Of a DNA stretch of 64,000 bases, positions 1 to 11,704 are shown one piece after another. The position numbers and the translations under genes are program-made. The stretch's first letter is position 1, and each line of letters opens with the position of its first letter. Origin of the DNA: Balamuthia mandrillaris (lineage: Eukaryota); NCBI GenBank assembly GCA_031835245.2, contig JAVKOQ020000002.1, forward strand, positions 62,001-126,000, read 5' to 3'. Below the pieces are notes generated by a model, which was not told where the DNA came from, made no database searches, and saw nothing but the letters and a program-made list of their open reading frames with translations.

Positions 1-549
1 GATACATACAATCACGTTATTTCAAAGGTTTGTTTGCTCTGTACTGTTGTTCCTCAAAATATCTTCTCATTCTTTCAATGGCTTCGTTTCATTTCAGTGG
101 ATTCCAGAGATTATTCATTTCTGCCCAGACGTTCCCATCGTCTTGATTGGCGAGGAGGTACATCTACGAAACGACGCAACCACTATTTATAATCTAACGA
201 AAGCCGGTCAAACACCCATCACTCGTGTAGAGGTACGTTTTTATCAGTTGAGAATTTGAGAGGACGAGAGAACGGGAGGTGAGATGAGAGCAAAGAGCAG
301 AGAACGAGAGTAGAACAGAGAAATGTATAGCTAATTGCTAAATGTGATATTTAGGGCCAACAATTAGCAGAAACACTGCGAGCGCAAGGAGTATGCGTGA
401 AGGGGTATTTGGAATGTTCCGCAAAGAATAACTACAACATCAAACGCGTCTTCTCAGAGGCCATCAAAGCGGTTGTCGTGGAGAAATGGGAAAAGAGACA
501 ACAAGAAAGACGGAAAGGCAAAGACAAGGAAAAATGTTTGCTCAGCTGA
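1..549 (+). CDS. 3' part of a Rho/Rac-family small GTPase (5' end outside window; exons ~1-27, 98-232, 355-549)
   Basis: The spliced translation ..DTYNHVISK/WIPEIIHFCPDVPIVLIGEEVHLR..PITRVE/GQQLAE..YLECSAK..VFSEAIKAV ends in a basic tail and CaaX box CLLS*. This matches the Rho C-terminal half, but G4 is atypical. Confidence 0.85.
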
Positions 550-560
550 TCCAGCTTCAA

Positions 561-617
<57 letters not shown>

Positions 618-668
618 ATTGTTCACACAACAGAGATAAACTTCTTGGGAAAAAAAGATTCAAACCAT

Positions 669-902
669 TCACTCTTCAGAAAGAGGATGATACCGAACCA
701 ATCGCTTCAGTGGTTCTGAAAAGAGAGAGCATAGCTCTGGCGGCATTCTGGTCTCGGACATGCGAGGGTCCATTCGTTTCACCTCGGCGCTTAGGTATTG
801 TCCCAACAATGCTGCTCTTGGCCGATTGGTCTAACATACCGCAACGTGAGAAACAAAACAGGGACATAAATAGAGCGAGAGACAAGGAGGGAAGAGGGAG
901 AG

Positions 903-945
<43 letters not shown>

Positions 946-1356
946 AAAGAAGAAAGAGAGGGAGGGAGGGAGAGGGAGAGCAAACGTTGTTAGCTCCAGA
1001 GGCGTGCCACACGCGTCCATTCGAGATGATTATGGAGCCAGCTTTGCACGTTATCCTCGTTGCCTCCTTCCAAAAGTTTGTCGGTTTGTCATGCCAATAG
1101 TCCTTCGGCGAGAGTTGACTGTTGGGAAGCATCCAGGTGGCTCCGTTTTCCTCCGTAAAGTCCTCCAAGGCGATGATGGTCTGTACCTCAAAGATGTGGC
1201 TGGCGAGGTCCGGTCGGTGGGCCATGTTCAGACGCTCCGCCTCCGGAACGCTCCAGTAGGGATAATCCTGATGGACTTTGCCGGCTGGGCAGCCGGATAG
1301 CAATATATTTCCTGCGTAACTGCCTATTATACAATCCTTGTTGCAACGAGAAATAT

Positions 1357-1392
<36 letters not shown>

Positions 1393-2509
1393 AATGAAGA
1401 GAAGGCTGGCCCTGAAGCAAGAAGAAAGAAGAAGGCGAAGAACAAGATAGCAAAAAGGTGAGGACGAACTTCTCCAAGGATCTTATAACAGGCATCCAAA
1501 ACAAGTGGAACCACGGCGAGATGATGGAAAACCTCTCCTAATGGCAAAACACTTCGCACACGTCGTTGCCTCGCTCCCATTTCTGCTCTCCAGGTCCATC
1601 TGTGCACCCCGTCCAAAGGCTTCGCCTGACGTACCATCGTTTGGCCCATTAGCAGCCTTTGTGTTTTTTTTTCAAAACGAAGAAGGCCTTGAAGTCAGAC
1701 TACAAAAGAGAGGAATCAACAAGTGAAATAACCTGCGGGTTTCTTGGATGAGCTCAATTGGAACGGCATCTTGAATGACGGCCCACCCTTTGCCATGAAG
1801 CAGCTCCTCGACGATGTCTTCTGCATCCACTTTCGGTGTCTCTGAAAACACCAACGACGCGGTATACTGTATAGAAGAAGCAGGAGAAAGGTGAACAAGA
1901 AGCAAATAAAGCACAACAGAAAACGGCCAACGGGAATGCAAAAAACTTGGACGACAACAAGGACGTTGGTGGAAACAAAGAGACCTGCAATGAAGAGGAG
2001 CGGTGTTCTCTGCAATCTTCCATCGAGGCTAAGAGTTGCACAGACCACGCAAACGGTTTCTCGTCCATAAGGACTTGTCCTCCTCCTTGTTCCGTTTCTT
2101 TGCTTGAAGCAAGGTAACGTCCCTCACTTGCGCTCTTGAAAGCTATGCTTTGCTCCACCCTATCAATCTTGTCACCGGTGGACCCAGCTTCATCTGCCAA
2201 CTGCCATTCGTATCTTCGTTCTTCGTTGGCGGATAGACTGACAACAACAACATCATATCCTTTAGGCACAAGAGCCCTTTTGCCATCGTATGTCATCAAG
2301 GCAAAGCATGCAGAAGCAGAAGAGGGGGAGGGCAGATGCAACACCTGCCAAGTTTCTAGTTCTTGGGGAGGTTCTTCCGTGGATCGGGTGACAAGGACGG
2401 GAAACGCTTCCTTCTCTTCTGTTGGAATGGAGGAAAGGTAAGTCCCATCGCCGGACCGGATCAACACGTAGACGCCCGTGGCTTGTTCTTCCCCGCCGGC
2501 CGCTATCAT
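669..2509 (-). CDS. Phytanoyl-CoA dioxygenase-like (PhyH) Fe/2OG oxygenase with an N-terminal fascin/beta-trefoil-like domain, multi-exon
   Basis: PhyH motifs: GWAVIQDAV, HQDYPY (HxD), EDFTEENGATWMLPNS, RVWHASGAN, and TNRPRAALLGQY in the last exon (stop 669-671). The N-terminal exon has repeats like LIRSGDGTYLS, ETWQV, FALMTYDGK and IAFKSASEGRYLAS. The fusion is inferred from GT..AG junctions. Confidence 0.75.
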
Positions 2510-2800
2510 CTGTGTGAAAACAAGAATGTCGCTTCGTCCAACTTTCTTTGCATTTTATTCGTCTACAAAAATCCGTGACGTCCACTAAAATCGACAAAAA
2601 ATGAAATTCGGGCAAAACAAGCACAAAATTTGAGCGAAAACAGTCGAAAGTTACGAAGAAGAAAGCACCAAAGGTCTGCTCAAACATACATAACCTCCTC
2701 TCCAGCTCCCAGGCTGGCTCTTTCATTAGGTTTTTTTTTTTGCATGCAACAACAGCCACGAGAAACCCACGCAAAGGACAGCGAAGAGAAACAACCTCAA

Positions 2801-3501
2801 ATGGCTGCGTCCAATTCACAATTGACGGTGAGGACCCTCTCTGGGGTGCAAATGCCCAGGATGCTCTACGGCACGGCGTGGAAGAAAGAGAGGACCACCG
2901 AGTTGGTCGTGCAGGCCGTGCTGGCAGGATTTCGTGGCATCGACACCGCCGGCCAGCCGAAGCACTACCGCGAGGACCTCGTGGGGGCCGCCCTGGCCAC
3001 CCTCTCCTCGCAGCACGGCATAAAACGGGAGTCCCTCTTCCTTCAGACCAAATTTACTTCGGTGGACGGGCAGGACCCTGCCAACATTCCTTATGACCCC
3101 GATTCCCCGATCCCCGAGCAAGTCCGTCAGTCCTTTGCGCGCTCCTTGGCCAACCTGCATACGGAGTATGTGGACTCCCTGGTGTTGCACTCCCCTATGA
3201 GAACCCACGCTAAAACCATGCAGGTGTGGCGTGTCTTTGAGGAGCTGCATGAAGAGGGACGCGCCAAGCAGCTAGGCATCAGCAATTGCTATGACCTGAA
3301 CCAGCTGGGGCGGTTGTGGAAGGATGCTAAAGTCAAGCCCGCAGTCGTGCAGAACAGGTTTTATGCGGACACGGAGTACGATAAGGGTATTAGGGCCTTC
3401 TGTAAGCAGCATGGCGTGTATTATCAAAGCTTCTGGACGTTGACTGCCAATCCGCATCTCCTCAAGACACCAGTGGTTCGTTCCATTGCGAAGGTACATT
3501 T

Positions 3502-3541
<40 letters not shown>

Positions 3542-3792
3542 CTCTTCTCTGTTATCTCTCATCTCGTCACCTGTCTCTTCTCTTTACTCACTGTCTCTTT
3601 GAAATAAAAATAAAGAAAGTGAATGGAACACCTGAACAAGTCTTTTTCCGGTTCGTGATGGATATGGATATCATCCCGCTGACAGGCACTACCAACGAGC
3701 GGCATATGCACCAAGACCTGGCGGTTCTAACGTGGCCCAACTTATCTTCTGATGATCTTCACCACCTCAAAGAACTTATCAGCGAAGAATAA
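2801..3792 (+). CDS. Aldo/keto reductase family protein (2 exons)
   Basis: MPRMLYGTAWK, GFRGIDTA..KHY, LFLQTKF, YVDSLVLHSP, LGISN, PAVVQNRF. The second exon PEQVFFRF..IPLTGTT..HMHQDL ends at TAA 3790-3792. Confidence 0.92.
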
Positions 3793-3857
3793 ACAAGAGA
3801 ATGCGAAGGTAGTCCATTTCCTTTCAAGCTATATTACATCTAGTCTCATAGTCATAC

Positions 3858-6624
3858 TTAAATAGTTATCTTCAATCGTATCAAATCAAGATAAAGCGAA
3901 CTATTTGCAAGCCCCTCCCTTTTTCTGGTGTGTATCCTCAACCGCATAACTCCACTTTCACTTACCAATTCACTCAACGAGGAGAGTATGTATCTCTCCC
4001 CTTTGTACTCATAAGTCGCTATATTTACCAACTCTTCCTTCGCGTTCCCTACCAACGAGACCAAATGCCATTCTTGAGCAGAATAAGGAGAAGTCCATCC
4101 TATGTTGATCCATCCTTGAAGATTGTCATCGGGTTGTTTGAAGCGATACATGGTGAAAGCCCAAATCCGTTTAGCGTTTGTATTGTAGAAGTTGATCTGG
4201 AGCTCAAAGTTACGAATAGAAGAAGCCAAGAAAGAAGGTATCTGACTGGGAAGGTGAAAGCCGAAGAAGGCCTGAAGCAAGCTTCCCCCTTCCACTGTCG
4301 GTATCAACCGAACAGATTGGCTGTTCTCGTAAGTAGTTCCGTTTTGGGGTGGCAGGTTATCATCTAAGCGAGCAGACACTCCTCTTCTCTCTCCTCCTTT
4401 CACTCGGATGTCAGAAGGGAACACTGAATGAGTTTCTGGCTGTACCGGCTGGTCTTCCAAACAACGGCCGTAAGCGCCGTTGCCATAGTCGTTGCTGAAG
4501 AACTGGTTTACTTTTGAAACGCTGCAAGCGGTCCACTTGGTTGGAACAAAGTCAAATATACTTGAAGCCATTACATAACCGCATTGTGGACAGGTGCATG
4601 GAGGATTGCTAACAGCTGTAATGCAGTTAAGGTTCAATGGACATCCAAGGCCGCTGTCGTGTTCAGCTCCCAAGTTATGACCCAGCTCGTGGGCCACTAC
4701 CTGGTGGCTCCAGAAAGCATCTAAACCTGCAACAGAGGATAAACTGGTGCCCTCCGTTGTGCAGACGCTTTTCAAGTTGGCTAGTCCAACTAGAAAAGAA
4801 AGGTTAGCCATGCATACACAACGGTAAGACCTCAATGCCTACCTGTGTTGCCTGCAAGGTTGAGGTTGGTAAGCAGATGAACCACATCGTAGGTGTTTCC
4901 GTACCGTCGGCTTAGTTCAGCTTTCGTACGAGAGTTATAAAAGAAAGGAGTCATCGACCGGAGTAAGGATTGGTCATCCGTCTCAAAGCTGGCAGAGGAC
5001 GACCGTTGACGGACGGATATTATTTTCCGTACCTTTCCGTTGGTACTCTTTTGAAGGAACCACGAAAGGCTGAAACACCCTGGTTGAGCTACTTGTGCTG
5101 ATGCTGATTCGTCTGTGTTCATTGTTATTGTGTTTTTAGTGAAAACATTCAGAGGAACAACATGCGAAGGTAGAGCATAGCAGATGGATTTACCAAGACA
5201 TTCAACATAACTGTAAGGACATGTTCTTGCCCATGTTGTTAACCCGTCATTGCAACAAAGGAAGTCGGTGGATTGTGTGGGCAGTGAACGAAGATAATCG
5301 TCATAAGTGTTACATTTCCTGTAAGTGAGACCGAAGGGGTTGTTTTCTTTGAATGTTAGCTGACCTATCAACACTATCTGTATAGAAGCTATGCCTTAGT
5401 CACCTATTTTGAAGCCTTCGTGTTGTGGAATACCTCACCTCAATCTTACAGTTCCATTGTACCACCTGGTGATTGAAACGTCCCTTGACATAACTCATTA
5501 TCTCAACTGTATCTTCTTCAACATGATTACCTTTTGCTTGGTACCGGCTGAAGTCATTTATCGCGAGAATACCTACGTATTTGATACATCTGATGGACGA
5601 GTTAAAGATTCAGAGGGTTTCGGTTGCACAAGGAGGGAGCAACATGGAATGCGTTCGACGAGACAGAGAGAGAGAGAGAGAGAGAGGAGAGAGGAGAGAG
5701 AGAGACAGAGAGACAAAGACAGAGAGACAAAGACAGACAGACGGAGAGACAGAGACAGGCATACAGAAGGGCAGACAGAAAAGGGAGAGTATGGGCTTAC
5801 CCTTCGTCCGCCTGGTTGCGTTGAACATGGCTCTCCTCAACACTCCTAACAATAGAAGACACAGTTTCGTCAACGCCGACGTCTTCCAGGTGATGGTAAT
5901 GGTTTAAACCGCAGTGGCCTTCATGGTTAACCGTCATGTCACTTGTCCGATAGATGATCGTTGACCTGACGGAGCCCTCAAAGTTCCGGAGGTCGGTGCT
6001 TATGGCTTCCAAACGATACTCCTCTTCATAAGCTTTGATCACTCCACTTATGCCACTGTTGAGTCCCAGGTTAGGAAACAAAATGTGGGTGTTAAAAATG
6101 TAGGCAGAGTAGGGGTCATACCCATCACCGGCACAAGCATTTATGGTTGCAAAGTTGCTGTCATTGCTGGGTCTGCTTCTCAGAAAACATGCTCTATGCA
6201 GTTTGCTGCCCCTCTCAATGAAGCCCTCCTCTGCCATTTGAAGCTCTTTGTACGTTGGAGCAAAGAGGTCTGTATTCGGGCGAAGGTTAAACTGAAACTT
6301 TTGTTCGAATGCGTCAAAAGAAAGGGCTAAAAGCTGGTTAGAGGAAAGATATAACGAGAACGTGAATTGCAAAAATCCCACTTAAACCGTCGGAAAAATC
6401 AGAGGAGTCCAAGTCGCGCAAGCTAACATGCCCGTTTCCTCTACTCCAGCGCGGTTCGATGACCTCATACCGAGAAACTCCTGCCGGTTGCAACCTAGCA
6501 AGAACTAGCATAACGCGTTTGACACAACTCGACGGAGGTAATGAAGAGATAAAGGAGGGCTCAACCTACCGAAAGACCAACGAGCAACCATTATCAACAA
6601 AACCAGTTCACATGCTCCTTTCAT
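3858..6624 (-). CDS. Secreted reprolysin/ADAM-like (M12B) zinc metalloprotease with propeptide, multi-exon
   Basis: Zn motif HELGHNLGAEHD, Met-turn YVMAS, KWTACS. The prodomain has LALSFDAFEQKFQFNLRPN and a GHCG cysteine switch, and the N-terminus is hydrophobic. Confidence 0.85.
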
Positions 6625-6916
6625 TCTCACTCGTTTCCCTTTTCTATTTTTCTCATCAAGAAAAAGTCTTTTGGGGTGTTTGCTTTTCGCATTCACCCCA
6701 ACGGACGTTTTGATTTCCTAATCCAGAAGGTACCTTCCCATAATCCTTTTTTCGTGGTTTCATTCATTTACAAATTAGGCGAACGAGATTCGTAATTCCA
6801 CCTAGCAACCTACGAGAAAGAGAATACAGGCCAAGAGAAGCGCAGAAGAGAAGCAGAGAGGAGAGAGCGGACCGGAAAGCAAGGCAGAAGAAGAAGAAGA
6901 AGAAGAAGAAGAAAAA

Positions 6917-7738
6917 ATGAAGTACGGCAAACAGATGCTGTTGCGTATGATAGAGGAGTGGCGGGAGCACTACCTCCGCTACAACGAGCTGAAGGACCGC
7001 ATCAAGGCCATGAAGCAGGAAAAGATGCAAGTGCTTGAAAATGGTTTTTTTCGGTTCTCCCGGCCTTTATTTTTCCAACGCTTGAGTGCTTTCTCTAATC
7101 CGTTATTTTTTTGTTGATTCATCACTCGGTTCTTCGCCAACAGGTGGCACTTGGGACGTTGACGGAAAGAAAGCAGAATTCTTGGCAGCCATCAAAGAAG
7201 AAGTGCGGCGAGTCAACTCTTTCTTCCTGCGCAAAAACAAGGAAGTGCGAGCGGCCGTTCTACAGTTGAAAGAGAAGTACAAGTTGGCCACTACGCCACG
7301 ACACAGAGCAAGCTCTGTCACAGAAGCTGTTGTTGGTAATGAAGGGGAAGAAGAAGAAGAAGAGGCGCAACGAAGGAGGAACAATGGAGACGCGGAGACA
7401 ACAAAAGGAGAGAAAGAGGAAGAGGAGGTGTGGGCGGACGTCATGGTTGTCTCTGCCTTGTTGGCTCGCATTGAGGACTACGTTCAAGTGAACTTTACTG
7501 GCTTTGAAAAGATATTGAAGAAGCATGACAAGCACATGGATACCAAACTCAAGAAGGCTGCGATGCCTTTTATCTCTTCTTCGGACTTTTATGCCAACGA
7601 CCTGCATAAGCGAAAGGCACCTCTCCATGTACTCACTTCCCTATCCGGTCTTCACTTTCTTCATGCCTAGCTTCTTGTTCATGTTTTTGTTGTCCTCTCT
7701 CTTTTGTCTGCTTCTGATGTTGCTTTTTCTCGTTCTTT

Positions 7739-7772
<34 letters not shown>

Positions 7773-9016
7773 GTTTCTCTTTTGTCATTTCTTTCTCTTT
7801 CGTTGTCTTCTCTCTCTTCTCTGCTCTCTGATGTTCTTATTTCGAAAATAGCTGCGAACAAAAACTGATTACGAACCTACTACAAAAGAAAATACTAAGG
7901 CATGCCAACGCGATAGGCCTTGCCGACATCCGAAAGAGCATTCCTGCTCAGATCAAGCAGACTCCACCCAAAGCCTTGATGGTAGAAGACCTTGACCTAA
8001 ACCAGCTTCCCAAAGGACAGATCTCGCGTCTATGGGTACCACTCACAGAGGACGCTCTCAGCCAACCCATCACTGTCCCAGTGATGGTAGCCTGTGGTCT
8101 CATGCGAGGACCTACCGTAGCCATCACCGCCGCCATGCATGGCAACGAATTGAATGGCATTCCACTTATCCATCGTTTATTCAAGGAGATAGACCCTACC
8201 AAGCTCTGTGGCTCTCTCATTGCTGTGCCTGTGGTGAACGTGCCAGGCTACCATCGCAACCAGCGGGAGTTTAGCGATGGAGAGGACCTGAACCGAGTCT
8301 TCCCAGGCTCCATGAAGCAACCAAGCAAGGCCTTTGCACAACGCTTTCTCATGCGCATCATCTCCAAAGTGGAGTACCTCATCGATCTTCACACAGCCAG
8401 CTTTGGCAGGATAAATTCGCTCTACGTTCGAGCTGACATGAACGACCCTATCACTGCTCGTATGGCTTATTTGCAGGAGCCTCAAATCATCGTTCACAAC
8501 ACCGGTCCTGATGGTTCCCTTCGTGGTGCTGCTGCTGACCTCGGCATCAACGCCATCACCGTCGAGATCGGTAATCCCTCTCAGTTCCAGAAGAGATACA
8601 TCACGCACGCTCTGCTGGGCGTTCACAACATTCTCTGCTATCTGAAGATGATACCTGAAGTCGAGGAAGAACAACAACCACCACCACCACCCGAGCAACA
8701 ACCGTCGCCCACTTCTTTACAATTTGGAGCTCACTACGAGGTGACTCTGTGCAGCAAATCTTATTGGTCTTTCACGGACATGGGAGGGGTGTTGGAGGTT
8801 CTTCCAGAAATCAACTCGTGGGTACGGAAAGGCCAAACGGTTGCTGTTTTGAGGAACATCTTTGGGGATGTTATCAAGAAGTACCACGCTCTGGATGATG
8901 GCATCGTGGTCGGCAAGAACTGTAATCCTGTTGCTCAAACAGGAGATAGGATCATGCACCTCGGTGTCCCTGGGACTTCCTTCTCCAAGGAGCAGCAGGA
9001 TGGACACGAAAAATGA
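6917..9016 (+). CDS. SPX domain + succinylglutamate desuccinylase/aspartoacylase (M14 AstE/AspA) Zn hydrolase, probable fusion protein
   Basis: SPX part: MKYGKQ..EEWREHYLRYNELKDRIK, FLAAIKEEVRRVNSFF, YVQVNFTGFEKILKKHDKH. M14 part: GPTVAITAAMHGNELNG, PVVNVPG, DLNRVFPG, IDLHT, ITVEIG, and a C-terminal biotinyl/hybrid-like VRKGQTVA..DGIVVG. Intron 1 is 7044-7143. A second CT-rich intron at ~7617/7629-7888 is inferred. Confidence 0.8.
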
Positions 9017-9493
9017 CCCAACTCTATTTTGTTTTTGTTTTTTTTGTTTGTTTTTTGTTTTTGTTAGAATTCGTTGTGTTTGCGTGCTCAGTCGCCGATT
9101 GCTGGTCCACCAATCAGCAATTCGATTAATCGAATAAAATTTCCAATAAAATTCGAAAATCACCTTAACAAAGAACACTTACGTCATACATGTCCGCAGA
9201 AATCAATCACAAAAGGATGACTACATGACGTGGCATGCCATAAAAGGAAGGATTCACCTTAAAAGTTTAAGGTCCTCTGTGATTAAGCCCTCTCCAAAAA
9301 CGAGAAAGCTTTTCCATTCCACAACACCAAAGAAACGCAAACAAACGGAGAAAGGCCTCTCCCCTCCCTCCTCCTTGCACCTGCTACGCTTTTTTATTTG
9401 CTGCACTACGCTCTCTGGTGGTGGTCACTGTTGTGACACGACTAGCGTCCTATTAGAAAAAAAAAAGTAGCAAAGGGATAAACAAGAAATAAT

Positions 9494-10736
9494 ATGGAGG
9501 ACGGTGCAGACAAGAAACAAACAAAGAAAGAGGAGACGCCTGCTCCTGTGGATGAAGAGGAAGTTCACATCACGAAGGTAATCTACCTATCTCCGGACTT
9601 TTTGTTGTTGTATTTTTTTTTTGGTTTCCTCCTCGTTTAGTGTTGATCAACCTGATTGTTTGTGGCCTTAGTATGGACGACCTGCTGCTGTCTATCAGCC
9701 CGGGCAGTTCGAAGCGGAACACCACTTTTACATCAAAGTGTTGAAGTAAGTAGTACAAACAAACCACTCTTCACAACTTTGTCATTAACTAATCGCTCTC
9801 TGCTCCTCTCTTTCTCTCTCCTCGCTCTCCTTGTTCCACTCCAGTGCTCAGATACATCCGCTGGTGGCTCACTTTTTCAGACTGGGCAACAAGCGGATAG
9901 TCAGTCGCTACTGCCATCTGTATCCAAACGTCAATGCAGCTACCCTCACCAAGCTCTTGGAGTACAAGCCAGAGATCTTCCGGTGGGCCGGTGCTGATCT
10001 GTTCAACGTAACCGAAGCTCACGGGTAAGTCGGTCAAATCTCTAACAGTCTACACGAAAGCTTACTCACTCGTTATGCTTCATTACTACAGTGGCCGAAA
10101 GATGGTGGTTGTGGAGACTAACTCATGCCCAAGCGGCCAAAAATCCATGCCATTGCTGAACGAAGAAGAGGAGGCAGGAGGCTACCGGATCCTCATGGAA
10201 CGGTAACGGCTGTCTGTCTTCTTTTCCCACTGATCAACCTCTCACATTCATTTCTCCTTCCGTAGAACATTCAAGCCATACATTTTGGAGCAAGAAAAGA
10301 GGGGTCTGCTTCCTGAGGGTGGCCTCGCTGTAGTTTATGACAAGAACAAAATGGAGGCGTCTGGCTATGCTGCCGTGTTGGCCGACACCTTCTCCGAGGA
10401 GGTCTACCTCGTCGAGTATTATGAACGCGACGAGAATCCAGCCGTGCGTTGGACTAAGGACTGGATCATGGAGGTCAAAACCAAGGATGGTGTTTGGCAT
10501 CCTATTCGCGCTGCTTTTCGCTATGTAACCCAAAAGCCGTGGAACCGCTTCCCGGTGGTCTCTCGTGGCACTCTTCTCATCAACCCTGTTGTGGCTTGCC
10601 TTGCTGGTGGACGCAACAAACTGGTAGCCGCTAAAGCTTATGAATTTTTCAATTCTCAATACGAAAAAGACGGACTTGTAATCCGGACTCCTGAAACCAT
10701 CCGAGGTTTGTTACTTCTCTCTTTCTCTCTCCCTCC

Positions 10737-10770
<34 letters not shown>

Positions 10771-11524
10771 GTAAATACACGATGAATCATTTATTTACAA
10801 CCAAACACAACAAACAGATGTATCGGCAGCAGAGATTCCTCTCTACGTACAAAAGTTTGGCGGTCACGCAGTAGTTAAGATCCCCTACCTCAATGCCGGA
10901 CAGGGCGTCTACACCATAACCTCCAAAGAAGAGCTGCAAGCCCTCATGAAGGACCTCGAGCGGAACGACTACCCCTACAAGCAGTTCATTGTGCAAAGCC
11001 TGGTGGGCAACTCCTCCTGGAGCAGCACCACCCACGAGGGTCAGTACTTCCATGTGGGCACCATCCCCGATAAGAACGACAACATCTACGCAGTCGACAT
11101 TCGCATGATGGTCCATTACGACTTTACCAAGCACGCCTTTCGACCGATCGCCGTCTACTCGCGACGGGCGCGCAAACCCCTCAAGCCGCAATTGGTCGCT
11201 GGAGAGGACAGTTGGGCCTGTCTTGGCACCAATCTCTCCGTCAAGCAGTCGGCGGACGGATGGAGCACCGAGACCAACCGTTTGTTGTTGATGGACACGC
11301 GGGACTTTAACCGGCTGGGTGTTGGCACTGATGACCTCATCGACGCCTACATTCAGTCGGTGTTGGCATCGGTGGCCATTGATAAGCTGGCCAAGAAGTT
11401 GCTCAGCCACACCGATGAGAACCCGCTGTTGAACGATTTCAACATGGATCTGTTCCGTTCCCTCGTCAAGGATGATGGTCTTGTTGAGGAGGTTGAAGCT
11501 GGACAGCTTGTAAACCAACAGTAA
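9494..11524 (+). CDS. Circularly permuted ATP-grasp peptide/amide ligase-like protein (6 exons: ~9494-9577, 9672-9745, 9845-10024, 10092-10202, 10266-10705, ~10819-11524)
   Basis: The spliced protein has [18 protein letters not shown] near the N-terminus. It is followed by [50 protein letters not shown] and TNLS. These are ATP-grasp motifs in permuted order. Confidence 0.75.
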
Positions 11525-11583
11525 CTCTTTTTTTTTTTGAAGAAGTGAAACGCTTTTTTTTGTTTCTCTCTCCATCCAGTCTC

Positions 11584-11623
<40 letters not shown>

Positions 11624-11704
11624 TGTCTCGCGTGCGTTTTTGTCTCCTCTGCAACCACCAGGACGACACGAGAAACAAAGGACTGGAAGAAAGCTGCTGC
11701 GGCG

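Noticed and set aside
432..1300. ORFs with poly-ER/poly-LS (also 40707-42004, 31865-32513, 36378-36835)
   Set aside because: These are translations of stop-free microsatellites in introns/UTRs or antisense to real genes.
7976..9016. Bacterial contamination explaining bacterial-like genes (M14, SemiSWEET, DUF501, histidine kinase)
   Set aside because: They are contiguous with, or contain, spliceosomal introns and the host's typical microsatellites.
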